Shown here: one piece after another, positions 10,173-19,269 of the stretch
Numbering within the stretch: the stretch's first letter is position 1
Layout: each line of letters begins with the position of its first letter
Virus record (IMG/VR): IMGVR_UViG_3300049048_000052
Span: 62,001 to 126,000 of that record
Length of the DNA: 64,000 nucleotides
Reading direction: 5' to 3' (one strand)
The notes under the pieces: model-generated
What the model was told of the DNA's origin: nothing
Database searches by the model: none
The model's input: the letters and a program-made list of their open reading frames with translations, nothing else
Program-made: the position numbers and the translations under genes

Positions 10173-12374
10173 ATGGCTATAAATTTCCCCATTAACCCAT
10201 CTGCTGGTCAGACATTCACAGTGGGTAATGTAACATACCGATATACTAATTCCATATGGGAGGCCAATACCTCTGCGAATGAGGCTGAACCTAGAATATT
10301 AACAACTAGGGAAGGGTTAAGGTTATCTAAGACTGGCACCTATAATCTAGAGATAGCACCCGGACGATGTTTAGTATCAAGTGCTAGTGGAAATAGGGAT
10401 ATAGCTGTCCTTGGTACTACTACCACTAAGATATTGAACGTAGCATGGGCTGTTGGTACTGCTAATGGGGGCCTTGATATAGGTGCCATCAGTAGTCCTC
10501 AGACTTATCATATATATATAATTAAACGTACAGATACAGGTGTTGTAGATGTTATCGCTAGCCTATCAGCTAGTGCCCCTACCTTACCCACGGGATATAC
10601 ACACTATAAAAGAATTGGATCTATATTAATCAGGTCGAATACTATACTAGACTTCGACCAGTATGGAAATATATTTAAATGGAAGGCAGTACAAAGGGAT
10701 CTAGATAATGTCGCGGTACCTACAACTGCAACCCTCTATGCCTTAACAGTACCTACTGGTATTAACGTGGGAGTACTAGGGGTAATCAGCCCTGGTGTAG
10801 GGGCTGCCTCTGGTACAGGCTTATCAATCGCCGTAACCGACCCAGGACAGGATGACTATGTGCCTGCTAATGCAGGTCCAGCAGAAGGGGCTTTCAATAG
10901 TACAGCAGGATCTAGTAGCAATAGTGTCTACTTATATGCTAGTGCCACAATGCTATCAGGTCTAGTCACCAACACTACTGCACAGCTCCGATTCAGAAGG
11001 ACCAACGTTGCTTATTACAATAGTTCTTATCAAACAACATTCCAGACACTTGGTTATATTGATCATGCTTTGGATGTTGCAGGGGGTAGTGCATCAGGTG
11101 GAGGCACGGGAGACATTGCTGGCCCTAGCTCATCCACGGATAATGCAATCGCAAGATTTGATGGGACAACAGGTAAGCTATTACAAAACTCAACCAATGC
11201 AACCTTAGATGACAGTGGTAACCTCACTCTAAACGCTGTTGGGAGTACTACAGCCAACCCACGTGTTCTAGGATTCTCTCAGGCAAGTACAGAGGCCTGC
11301 CGTTTCCAGATAGGTAACGAGTCCGTCTCAATTAACAATGTCTTTGGTGGAGTACTTCAATTCCGTAGTTACTATGGATTCCAGTTCTTTGGTCAACAAC
11401 AGACGACAGGTTCCTATACTGAATCAGGATCCAATGGATATGGTCCTTACTCTGCGTTTGCTGCAGGATCATTTAGTGACCCCTGCCATGATTTCATTAG
11501 GGTACAATCAACTACCTCTAAGGCAGGAGCAATTGTTAGGCTGCGTAGAGGAGAGACAACTAATACAAACCCCTATCTATCCTGGGTAAACAATGCTGGG
11601 ACCATACAGGGTGCAATCACTCAATCAGGCGGACTATCCCTAGGCTCAAGTACTGATACTGCTTTAGGTTCAATACGTGCGGATGGTCCAGTAATATTTG
11701 GTACGTATACAGTTGCCACCCTACCTAACGCTGCTACGTGGAATGGTTTCTCAACAATCGCTACAGATGCTAATGCTGGATTTGGAGCTTGGGTACGATC
11801 AAATGGAGTCAACTGGATTGACCTAGGATATAGTAGGATTGTTACTACTGCGGCAGCTCCCAGCGGGGGTGGTGGTAGTAGTGTAATGCAGGAGTTAGTC
11901 CTACCTGCTAACTCAGGCTTTGGACCTACCTCTACAACACCAGCACGACCTGATGCTAGGAATGGACAACCTGTACTAGCCTTTGATGCTACTACCGCAT
12001 GGTTCTGGGAGTGGATTACTAGACTTCCCACTAACTATAATGGGAATGGACTTAATGTTGAAATCCTTTGGACAAGTGCAGCTACAGGCAGTGGGAATGT
12101 TATATGGAATGGCGCCTTTAGTCAGATTCAAAGTGGCACAACAAACCTAAGTAGTGCACCTACTTATGCGACTGCCCAAGCAGTAACAGGTGCGGCTCCT
12201 GGAACCACAGGGGTAGCCGTAGTTACAACCATTCCATTCACCAGTAGTCAGATTAGTTCAGCAGTTGCAGGTGAGTTTATTAAGTTCCGATTATCAAGGG
12301 ATGCTGCTAATGTCTTAGACTCCCTAAATGGAATTGAGGCACAAGTATTCTCTATAGTAATCAGAGGAGCTTAG
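10173..12374 (+). CDS. mosaic tail fibre protein
   Basis: N-terminal half paralogous to 9168..10145; GDIAGPSSSTDNAIARF and FGTYTVATLP modules shared with 5863..9165. Confidence 0.75.
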   Translation: MAINFPINPSAGQTFTVGNVTYRYTNSIWEANTSANEAEPRILTTREGLRLSKTGTYNLEIAPGRCLVSSASGNRDIAVLGTTTTKILNVAWAVGTANGGLDIGAISSPQTYHIYIIKRTDTGVVDVIASLSASAPTLPTGYTHYKRIGSILIRSNTILDFDQYGNIFKWKAVQRDLDNVAVPTTATLYALTVPTGINVGVLGVISPGVGAASGTGLSIAVTDPGQDDYVPANAGPAEGAFNSTAGSSSNSVYLYASATMLSGLVTNTTAQLRFRRTNVAYYNSSYQTTFQTLGYIDHALDVAGGSASGGGTGDIAGPSSSTDNAIARFDGTTGKLLQNSTNATLDDSGNLTLNAVGSTTANPRVLGFSQASTEACRFQIGNESVSINNVFGGVLQFRSYYGFQFFGQQQTTGSYTESGSNGYGPYSAFAAGSFSDPCHDFIRVQSTTSKAGAIVRLRRGETTNTNPYLSWVNNAGTIQGAITQSGGLSLGSSTDTALGSIRADGPVIFGTYTVATLPNAATWNGFSTIATDANAGFGAWVRSNGVNWIDLGYSRIVTTAAAPSGGGGSSVMQELVLPANSGFGPTSTTPARPDARNGQPVLAFDATTAWFWEWITRLPTNYNGNGLNVEILWTSAATGSGNVIWNGAFSQIQSGTTNLSSAPTYATAQAVTGAAPGTTGVAVVTTIPFTSSQISSAVAGEFIKFRLSRDAANVLDSLNGIEAQVFSIVIRGA

Positions 12375-12376
12375 AC

Positions 12377-13063
12377 ATGGCCTATACATTCAGTGGAACT
12401 AATGTCGCTACAGATCGAATTGAAACCAACTATACCGCAGATATTACCTCATTTACCTGCCTAGCTACTGTATACTTAACAGGCTACGGGGGTGGTGGGT
12501 TAGGCCGTATATTTGATAAGGCTGTCTCAACAGCCGCACAGTTTGGACTCTTTACAAACAGTAGTGGCACCGCAGGATTTGAACTTAGTAGACATTATAG
12601 TGGTAGTGCAAACTCACAGAACTGGGGTTGGGGCAGTACAATATCTAGTCCAGGTTTTAATAATGTTTTCAGGCTGGCTATAAGTCACTCTGGAGTTAGA
12701 ACTACGGATCCTATCCTATATTTAAATGGAACAGTTCGCTCTATTACAAATAGGGCAAATAATGGTACTAATAATATTAGTAATTCAGGGGCAGCCCTTA
12801 TTGTAGCTAACCGGGTAATAGGCGGGAGCACTAGATGCTTAGCAGGTTGGATGGCAGAGTTTGCCTTCTATAATACTCAGTTAGATAATAAGATCCTTGA
12901 GGCATATTCTAAAGGATGGTCACCTAATCACTTCCCTAGTAATAGGGTTATATATTTACCATTAGTTAGGGATAGTATAGACCTACACAATAATGTTATT
13001 AGTGTAGTAACAGCAACCCCTGTAGATAGCCATCCCCCAATGTTCAATGCATCGTTAAACTAA
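12377..13063 (+). CDS. LamG/concanavalin-A-like lectin domain virion protein
   Basis: beta-rich; GRIFDK, ILYLNG, G.MAEFAFYN..L and 'VIYLPL' pattern of LamG-like domains. Confidence 0.65.
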   Translation: MAYTFSGTNVATDRIETNYTADITSFTCLATVYLTGYGGGGLGRIFDKAVSTAAQFGLFTNSSGTAGFELSRHYSGSANSQNWGWGSTISSPGFNNVFRLAISHSGVRTTDPILYLNGTVRSITNRANNGTNNISNSGAALIVANRVIGGSTRCLAGWMAEFAFYNTQLDNKILEAYSKGWSPNHFPSNRVIYLPLVRDSIDLHNNVISVVTATPVDSHPPMFNASLN

Positions 13064-13077
13064 ATCTATATACACAT

Positions 13078-13713
13078 ATGAACTTAGATATATTCCCTAC
13101 TCAAATACTAATTAGTGGTAACCCATCCACTGGGCAATTCACAGGGGCGCTAATACGCTACATACCTGTAGATGGTACAACAGAGCAAACCACCGGCTTC
13201 AAGAGCGGGATAGCCTCTAACGCAGTTAAGATTGCTATAGGGGAGTATGCACACTCCGCCTACACCCAGAATGAGGTTCTACAAGAACAGAATCAAGCAT
13301 TGGAATCACAAGTTGCTCAGCTAGAATCTGATAAGGCCGCGCTGGCCCACCAGAAGGATGGTGAGATAGCAATTCTACAGGCCGCCAATGAGACCCTACA
13401 AGCACAGATTAATCAACTACTAGAAGAACTTAATCCTCCTGCATCCTCTGTAGATTGGGCAGGCTTCCGTGCCGCCATTGCAGTACATCCTGCATACCTA
13501 AGGATTGTATCCTCAACCCCTATAGCAACTAATATAAATACTACCCTTGTATGGGTAATGGGTGCTGGTGCCTTTACTGAGGTGCCCTCCCTATGGAATG
13601 TTATTGCCCAACAGGCAGTACCAACTGTAGAGGAGATAGCCGCCCTTAATACGTTAGCAGCAGCACATGATGTACCCTTCACCCTAAATGAAGATGGTAT
13701 GATCGTAGGCTAG
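13078..13713 (+). CDS. tail-fibre associated coiled-coil protein / chaperone
   Basis: last gene of the fibre operon; central heptad repeat. Confidence 0.5.
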   Translation: MNLDIFPTQILISGNPSTGQFTGALIRYIPVDGTTEQTTGFKSGIASNAVKIAIGEYAHSAYTQNEVLQEQNQALESQVAQLESDKAALAHQKDGEIAILQAANETLQAQINQLLEELNPPASSVDWAGFRAAIAVHPAYLRIVSSTPIATNINTTLVWVMGAGAFTEVPSLWNVIAQQAVPTVEEIAALNTLAAAHDVPFTLNEDGMIVG

Positions 13714-13811
13714 ATTATATTCTAATTAATATATATATATATATAAGCGTAAACATAATTCATAGGGGTGGTCCGAGAGGGCCGCCTCATTTCTTTTAGG
13801 AGGTTATTACT

Positions 13812-14333
13812 TTGAGACAGGCGATGATAGGTAGAAAGGTCGGTCTATTAACCGTACTTAAACCCAGCCCAGATGAAAAGGGTAAGTTCCTTTGTAGATG
13901 TGAGTGTGATAATAAGATAGTCTCAGTATGGGGCTCCGCACTATCTCAGGGTAGAACTACCTCATGTGGGTGTTATGGTAGTAAGTTCCATAGGCTGCAG
14001 CTGACAGGACAAAGATTCGGTAGGTTAACAGTAGTAGGGTTTGCCTATATAAAAAAGGGGGCATCCTACTGGGATTGTATCTGTAAGTGTGGTAATAGTA
14101 AGGTTGCGCTAGGGAGTTTACTTACCTCAAACCAGGTAAAATCATGTGGATGTCTCGCTAAAGATGTCAATCGAGATAAGGCCTCAAGGATGAAAAGGGA
14201 GACACTGATAGAGGCTGGAGGAAAAACACTCAATATCACAGAATGGTCCAAGCACTTAAAACTTCCCTACTATACTATAAGGTATAGGGTCAGGAAGGGG
14301 CTGAATATAATCACAGGAGAGGAACTAGAATGA
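13812..14333 (+). CDS. homing-endonuclease-related Zn-binding repeat protein, no catalytic motif seen
   Basis: two G.rfG.LTV...W.C.C.CG...L..G.t.SCGC repeats plus C-terminal HTH-like TLNITEWSKHL. Confidence 0.6.
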   Translation: MRQAMIGRKVGLLTVLKPSPDEKGKFLCRCECDNKIVSVWGSALSQGRTTSCGCYGSKFHRLQLTGQRFGRLTVVGFAYIKKGASYWDCICKCGNSKVALGSLLTSNQVKSCGCLAKDVNRDKASRMKRETLIEAGGKTLNITEWSKHLKLPYYTIRYRVRKGLNIITGEELE

Positions 14334-14569
14334 GAGAGAAACTAGCCGCTCTATCCCACAGGATATGGGCTAAGTGGATGATGTATCTATTTGCCCAATG
14401 CACTATGAATGAGGATGGTACTGCTACTATCCCTAAGGACAAGGTAGAGAGATGGCAGAGACAAATGAATACTGACTATCCAGATCTCAGTGAGAAGGAG
14501 AAGGATAGTGATAGACATCAAGCAGATCTAATATTGGGGCTGATAGATGGAATACACAAAGGTCTGTAG
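14330..14569 (+). CDS. conserved hypothetical phage protein
   Basis: LAALSHRIWAKWM...YPDLSEKEKDSDR motif (RyR-like pattern). Confidence 0.6.
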   Translation: MREKLAALSHRIWAKWMMYLFAQCTMNEDGTATIPKDKVERWQRQMNTDYPDLSEKEKDSDRHQADLILGLIDGIHKGL

Positions 14570-14621
14570 TATTAATTGGTGACCTATAGATATCTCTGAC
14601 CTAGAGAACATAAGCCTAGTG

Positions 14622-14646
14622 AAGGGGGACCCAACAGTCCCCCTTT
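14622..14646 (+). terminator. intrinsic terminator
   Basis: AAGGGGGAC-N6-GTCCCCCTTT. Confidence 0.7.
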
Positions 14647-14667
14647 GTCATACATAGGTAACTCGTA

Positions 14668-14940
14668 ATGGATAGAGTTAGGATAGGTAAGGTTTATATA
14701 AATCTTAAGAAGGGTACGTTCTATAGGGTGATCACCTTTGCTATTCATAGTGAGACTGTAGAACCCTTAGTTATATATGGGGCAACAGAGGAGGCACCCA
14801 GTACTAAACTAGGATTCTTCCTAATAAACCTAGGATTAAACCTAGTAAACGTAGAGAAGATATGGGCCCGACCTGTGGAACTATTCAAAGAGAAGTTCCA
14901 AGAGCTATCTGAGTTTGAAAGGGATATAGATAAAGGTTAA
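14668..14940 (+). CDS. DUF1653-like protein
   Basis: YRVI..AIHSET.EPLVIY...WARPVELF. Confidence 0.75.
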   Translation: MDRVRIGKVYINLKKGTFYRVITFAIHSETVEPLVIYGATEEAPSTKLGFFLINLGLNLVNVEKIWARPVELFKEKFQELSEFERDIDKG

Positions 14941-14945
14941 ATATA

Positions 14946-15263
14946 ATGAGTAGAAAGAGATTAGAGTTAAACATAGGTACTAGATATGGACTATGGTCCG
15001 TAATAAATAGAGATATATCCCATGACAAACATACTTACTATAAGTGTAAGTGTTTAGGATGCGGTACTGTTAAGCCTGTTAGTGCCTCTGCCATACTGAG
15101 AGGTAAGTCGACAGGGTGCTCACAGTGTAAAGATATAGATAGAGATGCAGAGGTATTAGTTATACCCAGCGGACCAAAGCAAGTCACTAGAACAACCCAG
15201 CACGTACCTCAACAATCTATGTTCAACAGAGGTATGCGTATGCTAGCAGAAGGGATCCGTTAG
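14946..15263 (+). CDS. single Zn-binding repeat protein related to 13812..14333
   Basis: IGTRYGLWSVI...YKCKCLGCG...ILRGKSTGCSQC. Confidence 0.55.
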   Translation: MSRKRLELNIGTRYGLWSVINRDISHDKHTYYKCKCLGCGTVKPVSASAILRGKSTGCSQCKDIDRDAEVLVIPSGPKQVTRTTQHVPQQSMFNRGMRMLAEGIR

Positions 15264-15334
15264 CGACGATAATTAATATTACTTACGCCTATATAAGCTG
15301 TCACTAGCACACACCAGGGACTCCAAGGAGACTT

Positions 15335-15592
15335 ATGGTTACAGTAAAATCGACAGTAGAATCAATACCTGGCACCGGTAATAGAAGATTTGATATCATC
15401 TATGACCTAACCAGAATCAGCACAGTCCAAGATAACCTAGAAAGGGAAGGATTAACTATGGCAGGACAACCTAAAGCAGCAAGAGATCCCGAGGACTACC
15501 CCCAAGAAGGAGAAGGATGGGACCTCTCAATGGAAGACAACCCACCAACAGACCAGAGCACATCATCCAACGATGAGACTCACAATGACTAA
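15335..15592 (+). CDS. small acidic hypothetical protein
   Basis: ORF track; may start at the internal MAGQPK. Confidence 0.45.
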   Translation: MVTVKSTVESIPGTGNRRFDIIYDLTRISTVQDNLEREGLTMAGQPKAARDPEDYPQEGEGWDLSMEDNPPTDQSTSSNDETHND

Positions 15593-15843
15593 TGGCAGAG
15601 CTTCAACTACCAGCAAACTGTATAGTAGCTAAGACACTAGAGGGCAGAGAATGTGAGCTCACAGCCCTAATAGGGTGGCATCCAGAGATGGAGTACTACT
15701 CTCGTGTACTAATAAATGGAGAGGAGCTAATGTACCATCCCCATATACCCAATAAGGATAGGATAGCCCCTACCCTTTACGGTATAGCTAAAGTACCTGA
15801 CTGCTACCTAAAGCTACTAGAAAGTATGAAGCCCACCCAATAA
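15592..15843 (+). CDS. hypothetical protein
   Basis: ORF track; TAATG coupling. Confidence 0.6.
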   Translation: MAELQLPANCIVAKTLEGRECELTALIGWHPEMEYYSRVLINGEELMYHPHIPNKDRIAPTLYGIAKVPDCYLKLLESMKPTQ

Positions 15844-15887
15844 TCTCCGTCCATGCGATTATCATAGTGTAAACTTAGGGTAATCGC

Positions 15888-16364
15888 ATGGACATACAGA
15901 GGAACCAAGGGTTCACTCTAATAGAGTTATTAGTAGTTATAGTCATCATAGGTATACTAGGAGCCATAGCGCTGCCTAGCTATCTAAGGCATAGTGCTAA
16001 GGCTAGAGAGAGTGAGGCCAAAAGTACAATAGGTTCTATGAATAGGGCCCAACAGGCATACTTTGCAGAGAACATTGCATTTGCCAGCACTGTAGAGAAC
16101 CTAGGAATAGGAATAACTGATTCTAGTAATTATAGATACTCAATAACCTCGGTAGGCACCAACGTCAATAACATAGCACTAGCCAATGGTGGCAACACTA
16201 AATCCTATGCTACTAAGTTAAGTCTGATACAACTAAATGTTAGCTCAGGTATTAGGATAGAGGCATGTCAAACCAAGACACCCTCTAAGACAGTACCAGT
16301 GTTAGATGTGGCTACTAGCGGTAAACAGCTATGTCAATCATATAATATGGACATAATGCAATGA
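15888..16364 (+). CDS. type IV prepilin (cyanobacterial pilin G/H-like)
   Basis: class III signal QG|FTLIELLVVIVIIGIL with Glu+5; ARESEAK..IGSMNRAQQAY motif; C-terminal Cys pair. Confidence 0.88.
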   Translation: MDIQRNQGFTLIELLVVIVIIGILGAIALPSYLRHSAKARESEAKSTIGSMNRAQQAYFAENIAFASTVENLGIGITDSSNYRYSITSVGTNVNNIALANGGNTKSYATKLSLIQLNVSSGIRIEACQTKTPSKTVPVLDVATSGKQLCQSYNMDIMQ

Positions 16365-16828
16365 TTAAAATAGGACCAGAACCAGGAATCCTAGGATTAC
16401 TAACACAGTATAAGGATACAGCCCAAGCACTATCTCTATTTGCACAGGCAATCATGAGAGATATACCTAGCAACCTAAGTCATAAGGAACGTGAAGTAGT
16501 AGCCGCTGTAGCCAGCTACTATAATAAATGTAAATTCTGTACAAATAGCCATAATGCTATTGCTGATGCATTGGATGGGGATGATGGAATGGGAGAGAGT
16601 CTATTCCCTATAGTTCGTGCAGTAGTTAACAAGGAGAAAGTAGAGGATGCCCTAATTGAGGCAGCCCAAAATGAGGGTTATACGGATAAGGATATCAACT
16701 TAGTTGTAGTAATAGCCACAGCCTTCTGTATGTTCAATCGTTATGTCGAGGCCCTTAACCCTAGGGAGGCCTCAGCTGATGAGTATGCCGCCATTGGTAA
16801 GCAGATAGCAGAACATGGTTACCTATAG
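16361..16828 (+). CDS. AhpD/carboxymuconolactone decarboxylase family peroxidase-like protein
   Basis: REVVAAVASYYNKCKFCTNSH (CxxCxxxH); AFCMFNRYV. Confidence 0.8.
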   Translation: MIKIGPEPGILGLLTQYKDTAQALSLFAQAIMRDIPSNLSHKEREVVAAVASYYNKCKFCTNSHNAIADALDGDDGMGESLFPIVRAVVNKEKVEDALIEAAQNEGYTDKDINLVVVIATAFCMFNRYVEALNPREASADEYAAIGKQIAEHGYL

Positions 16829-16829
16829 T

Positions 16830-17372
16830 TAATGTTATATATGGGGATGTACCAACATCCTGTGTGTTGCAAGATAAGCTGGGCCGTCTCAACAGCGGCC
16901 CATTTCTTATTCTTAATACTATATAAGCACCATAAGGTGTACCTGAGATAGATGGGAGTACTGTCCACTATAATCCCATCTATCTCAAAGCATCGTCAAG
17001 GAAAGGCAAGTAGAGGGCAGGGGACAGCCTCCCTCATTCCTTATAATAATGATTATATATGCGGTTTACACCGTAGGATAGAGAGGACCGTCCACCATAA
17101 TCTCTAACTTTCTTGTTCATTAAAGTCTTAGTAATGATTTTGCCTATTTAGGGATAGTAGTGATGGACATACTATCCCGTTTATTATTACATTATTATAT
17201 AAGTGGTTAAGACCACACATCTCGTTGGAGATGTAGACTCCCTTCCTGAGAGGTGAATCACCACTCACCTCTCTTCCTTATAATAATGATTATATAAGCT
17301 TGATCTAGGACAAGTACTTTAGTCAGTTTTACTACGGTTTATTATGGGGAAGCCTAGACTCCCCTTTACTTA
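16830..17372 (+). ncRNA. array of five putative small RNA units (promoter-hairpins-terminator)
   Basis: TATATA(A/T)G at 16836, 16920, 17054, 17196 and 17291, each followed by unique hairpins and a GC stem plus T-run; no ORF. Confidence 0.55.
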
Positions 17373-17382
17373 GTATTGATAT

Positions 17383-18048
17383 ATGAAAGTAATAATTAAA
17401 GGTGAGGAGACTGATCTCAGTCCTAAGATATTCACAGCTTACTGTATGGGACTCCTAGACGAGGGTATGAGACCCTTTGAATCCTATATAGATGACTATT
17501 TAGATGAGACTTATAATAGGAATCTCTTCTTATCTAGATGGATACGTAGTATGAAGGGTATGGATCTAGATAAGATGGAACTATCTATGAATAGAGGTAA
17601 GTATCATCATCTCTTTGCAGATAAGAAGAGTGGTATATACTTCCATTGTTTCTTGTATTTCATATGGTCCTCAGGTAGGTATCCAGGTGAAAGAGAGGAT
17701 GTTGCGGCCCCCTTAGATATGAGGAATAAATGGATACTAGAATGTCTCAAGGAGCATATCCTCTACTCTGGTGATAATATTCCTAGCTGTCTATTAAGGA
17801 TATACGTGGACCTAGCAGTCTACTGTAAGAGTATCATTCAGCATAGTGACATGCACCTTATAGTGGCTAGTTATGTAAATAGGGATTCCATAGAAAAGAC
17901 CCTGAGTCTTATAGATCAACAGGGTCTAGTAATTAAGGATGATGATAAATATATATGGGTAGATAGTGGGGTAAAGGCCCGGCTCTCTAATTATCCTTAT
18001 GGTCAGCTACTACTAGATTGTGCTACTAAAACTTGTCAATCGCTTTAG
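17383..18048 (+). CDS. hypothetical protein
   Basis: ORF track 221 aa. Confidence 0.7.
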   Translation: MKVIIKGEETDLSPKIFTAYCMGLLDEGMRPFESYIDDYLDETYNRNLFLSRWIRSMKGMDLDKMELSMNRGKYHHLFADKKSGIYFHCFLYFIWSSGRYPGEREDVAAPLDMRNKWILECLKEHILYSGDNIPSCLLRIYVDLAVYCKSIIQHSDMHLIVASYVNRDSIEKTLSLIDQQGLVIKDDDKYIWVDSGVKARLSNYPYGQLLLDCATKTCQSL

Positions 18049-18307
18049 TAATAATCTTAGTGGCTATATCTTCTTTATTAGGACCTGGGATACCCTTAGG
18101 TGTGTAGACATCACTAATGTCATTGACCCTGGCTACTAATACAGCGGCACCCCCAACTAAGAGATTAAAGATAACAACCATATCCTTAACGGTAACAGCC
18201 TTAGCATCAGCCATCCTCTCAAGCTGAGGACCAATGGTCTGCAGGGCAATGATAAGTATTACCCAGAATGTAGGAGTGGCAAATAGAGATTGAGGTTTAG
18301 GATTCAT
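18026..18307 (-). CDS. holin-like two-TM membrane protein
   Basis: two hydrophobic segments, then DVYTPKGIPGP; holin role is inference. Confidence 0.45.
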   Translation of the reverse strand: MNPKPQSLFATPTFWVILIIALQTIGPQLERMADAKAVTVKDMVVIFNLLVGGAAVLVARVNDISDVYTPKGIPGPNKEDIATKIITKAIDKF

Positions 18308-18370
18308 ATGGATTCTGTATAAAGTACTAACCTAGTAGTACCACAGAGGTCCTAGTGGATTGTGTTCATA

Positions 18371-18419
18371 GCTGAATCCTTCTTGCAGGATCTAGTTAGG
18401 GTTGGAATCCCTAATCAGC
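18371..18419 (+). other. three-way junction with T-arm-like hairpin
   Basis: GCTGA/TCAGC closing ATCCT-N6-AGGAT and TTAGGG-TTGGAAT-CCCTAA. Confidence 0.35.
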
Positions 18420-18498
18420 AATTACTAACCCGATCGCGTGTGCAAGGTATTGCTGTCTGTCCCCCCTCCCTGTCCCTTGTTAGGTTACGAGAAGCACC

Positions 18499-19269
18499 AT
18501 GATCGAGAATAGCGATGCCGCGCTGGCAGTTGACCTGATCCGTAGAGTCCTTACTATAGGAGTGGGTCTTACGCCTCTAGACTACATAACATCTTTGGAT
18601 GAAGATAGTATGAGGAGTCTAGAGAGATACTTCTCATCTCTTAATGAGGGAGAGTATCTCTACTTCCTTCGCACCTTCGCCGAAATAGATAGTAGAATGT
18701 ATATCAATCTCATACCCTTGTTTAGGGAGTTGTATGATATGAGATATACAACTAAGAGAGGTAGTGTGGCATTAGTTCCCTTGAGGGACTTTGTCATATC
18801 CATGAAGGAGGCCGTATGGCGTCCTCATGTTGAGATCTTCTTCCCCGGCTCTGGAGATGTGTTAAACCAGATAAGCAGTGTCCTGGTTAGTAAAAGAGAG
18901 GTCCTTATTGCTTGGTTAGATGAATACATAACTAAGCATGACCTTATGTCCATAATTAATAGAGAGGAGTACACAAGTGTACGAGAGGCGACTAGATTCT
19001 TAACACCGCTCAATAGGTGCTTACTCATTGAGCGCTTAGCAACTAAGGTATTACCTAGGCAGGTTGGTGGTATTGTCCTAGCACTATACGATATTAGTAA
19101 AGAAAGTCCTGACTATAAAGGGCTCCTCTACTACATCGTTGATGCAATGAATAGAGGAGCCCTTCCCTTGAGGGATTTCTTTATTTCAGATAAGCATACT
19201 ATAGAGGTCAAACCTCATGCCCAGGTCATACTTTGGCAACCAAAAGCTTTGGACTCTGATCTAAACTAG
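18499..19269 (+). CDS. hypothetical helical protein
   Basis: ORF track 256 aa. Confidence 0.7.
   Translation: MIENSDAALAVDLIRRVLTIGVGLTPLDYITSLDEDSMRSLERYFSSLNEGEYLYFLRTFAEIDSRMYINLIPLFRELYDMRYTTKRGSVALVPLRDFVISMKEAVWRPHVEIFFPGSGDVLNQISSVLVSKREVLIAWLDEYITKHDLMSIINREEYTSVREATRFLTPLNRCLLIERLATKVLPRQVGGIVLALYDISKESPDYKGLLYYIVDAMNRGALPLRDFFISDKHTIEVKPHAQVILWQPKALDSDLN

Noticed and set aside
5863-13713. Diversity-generating retroelement acting on the fibres
   Set aside because: No reverse transcriptase and no TR/VR pair differing only at adenines was seen
16830-17372. CRISPR array interpretation
   Set aside because: The shared element is an AT-rich promoter-like head, not a palindromic constant-length repeat; bodies are 70-120 nt, self-structured and terminated
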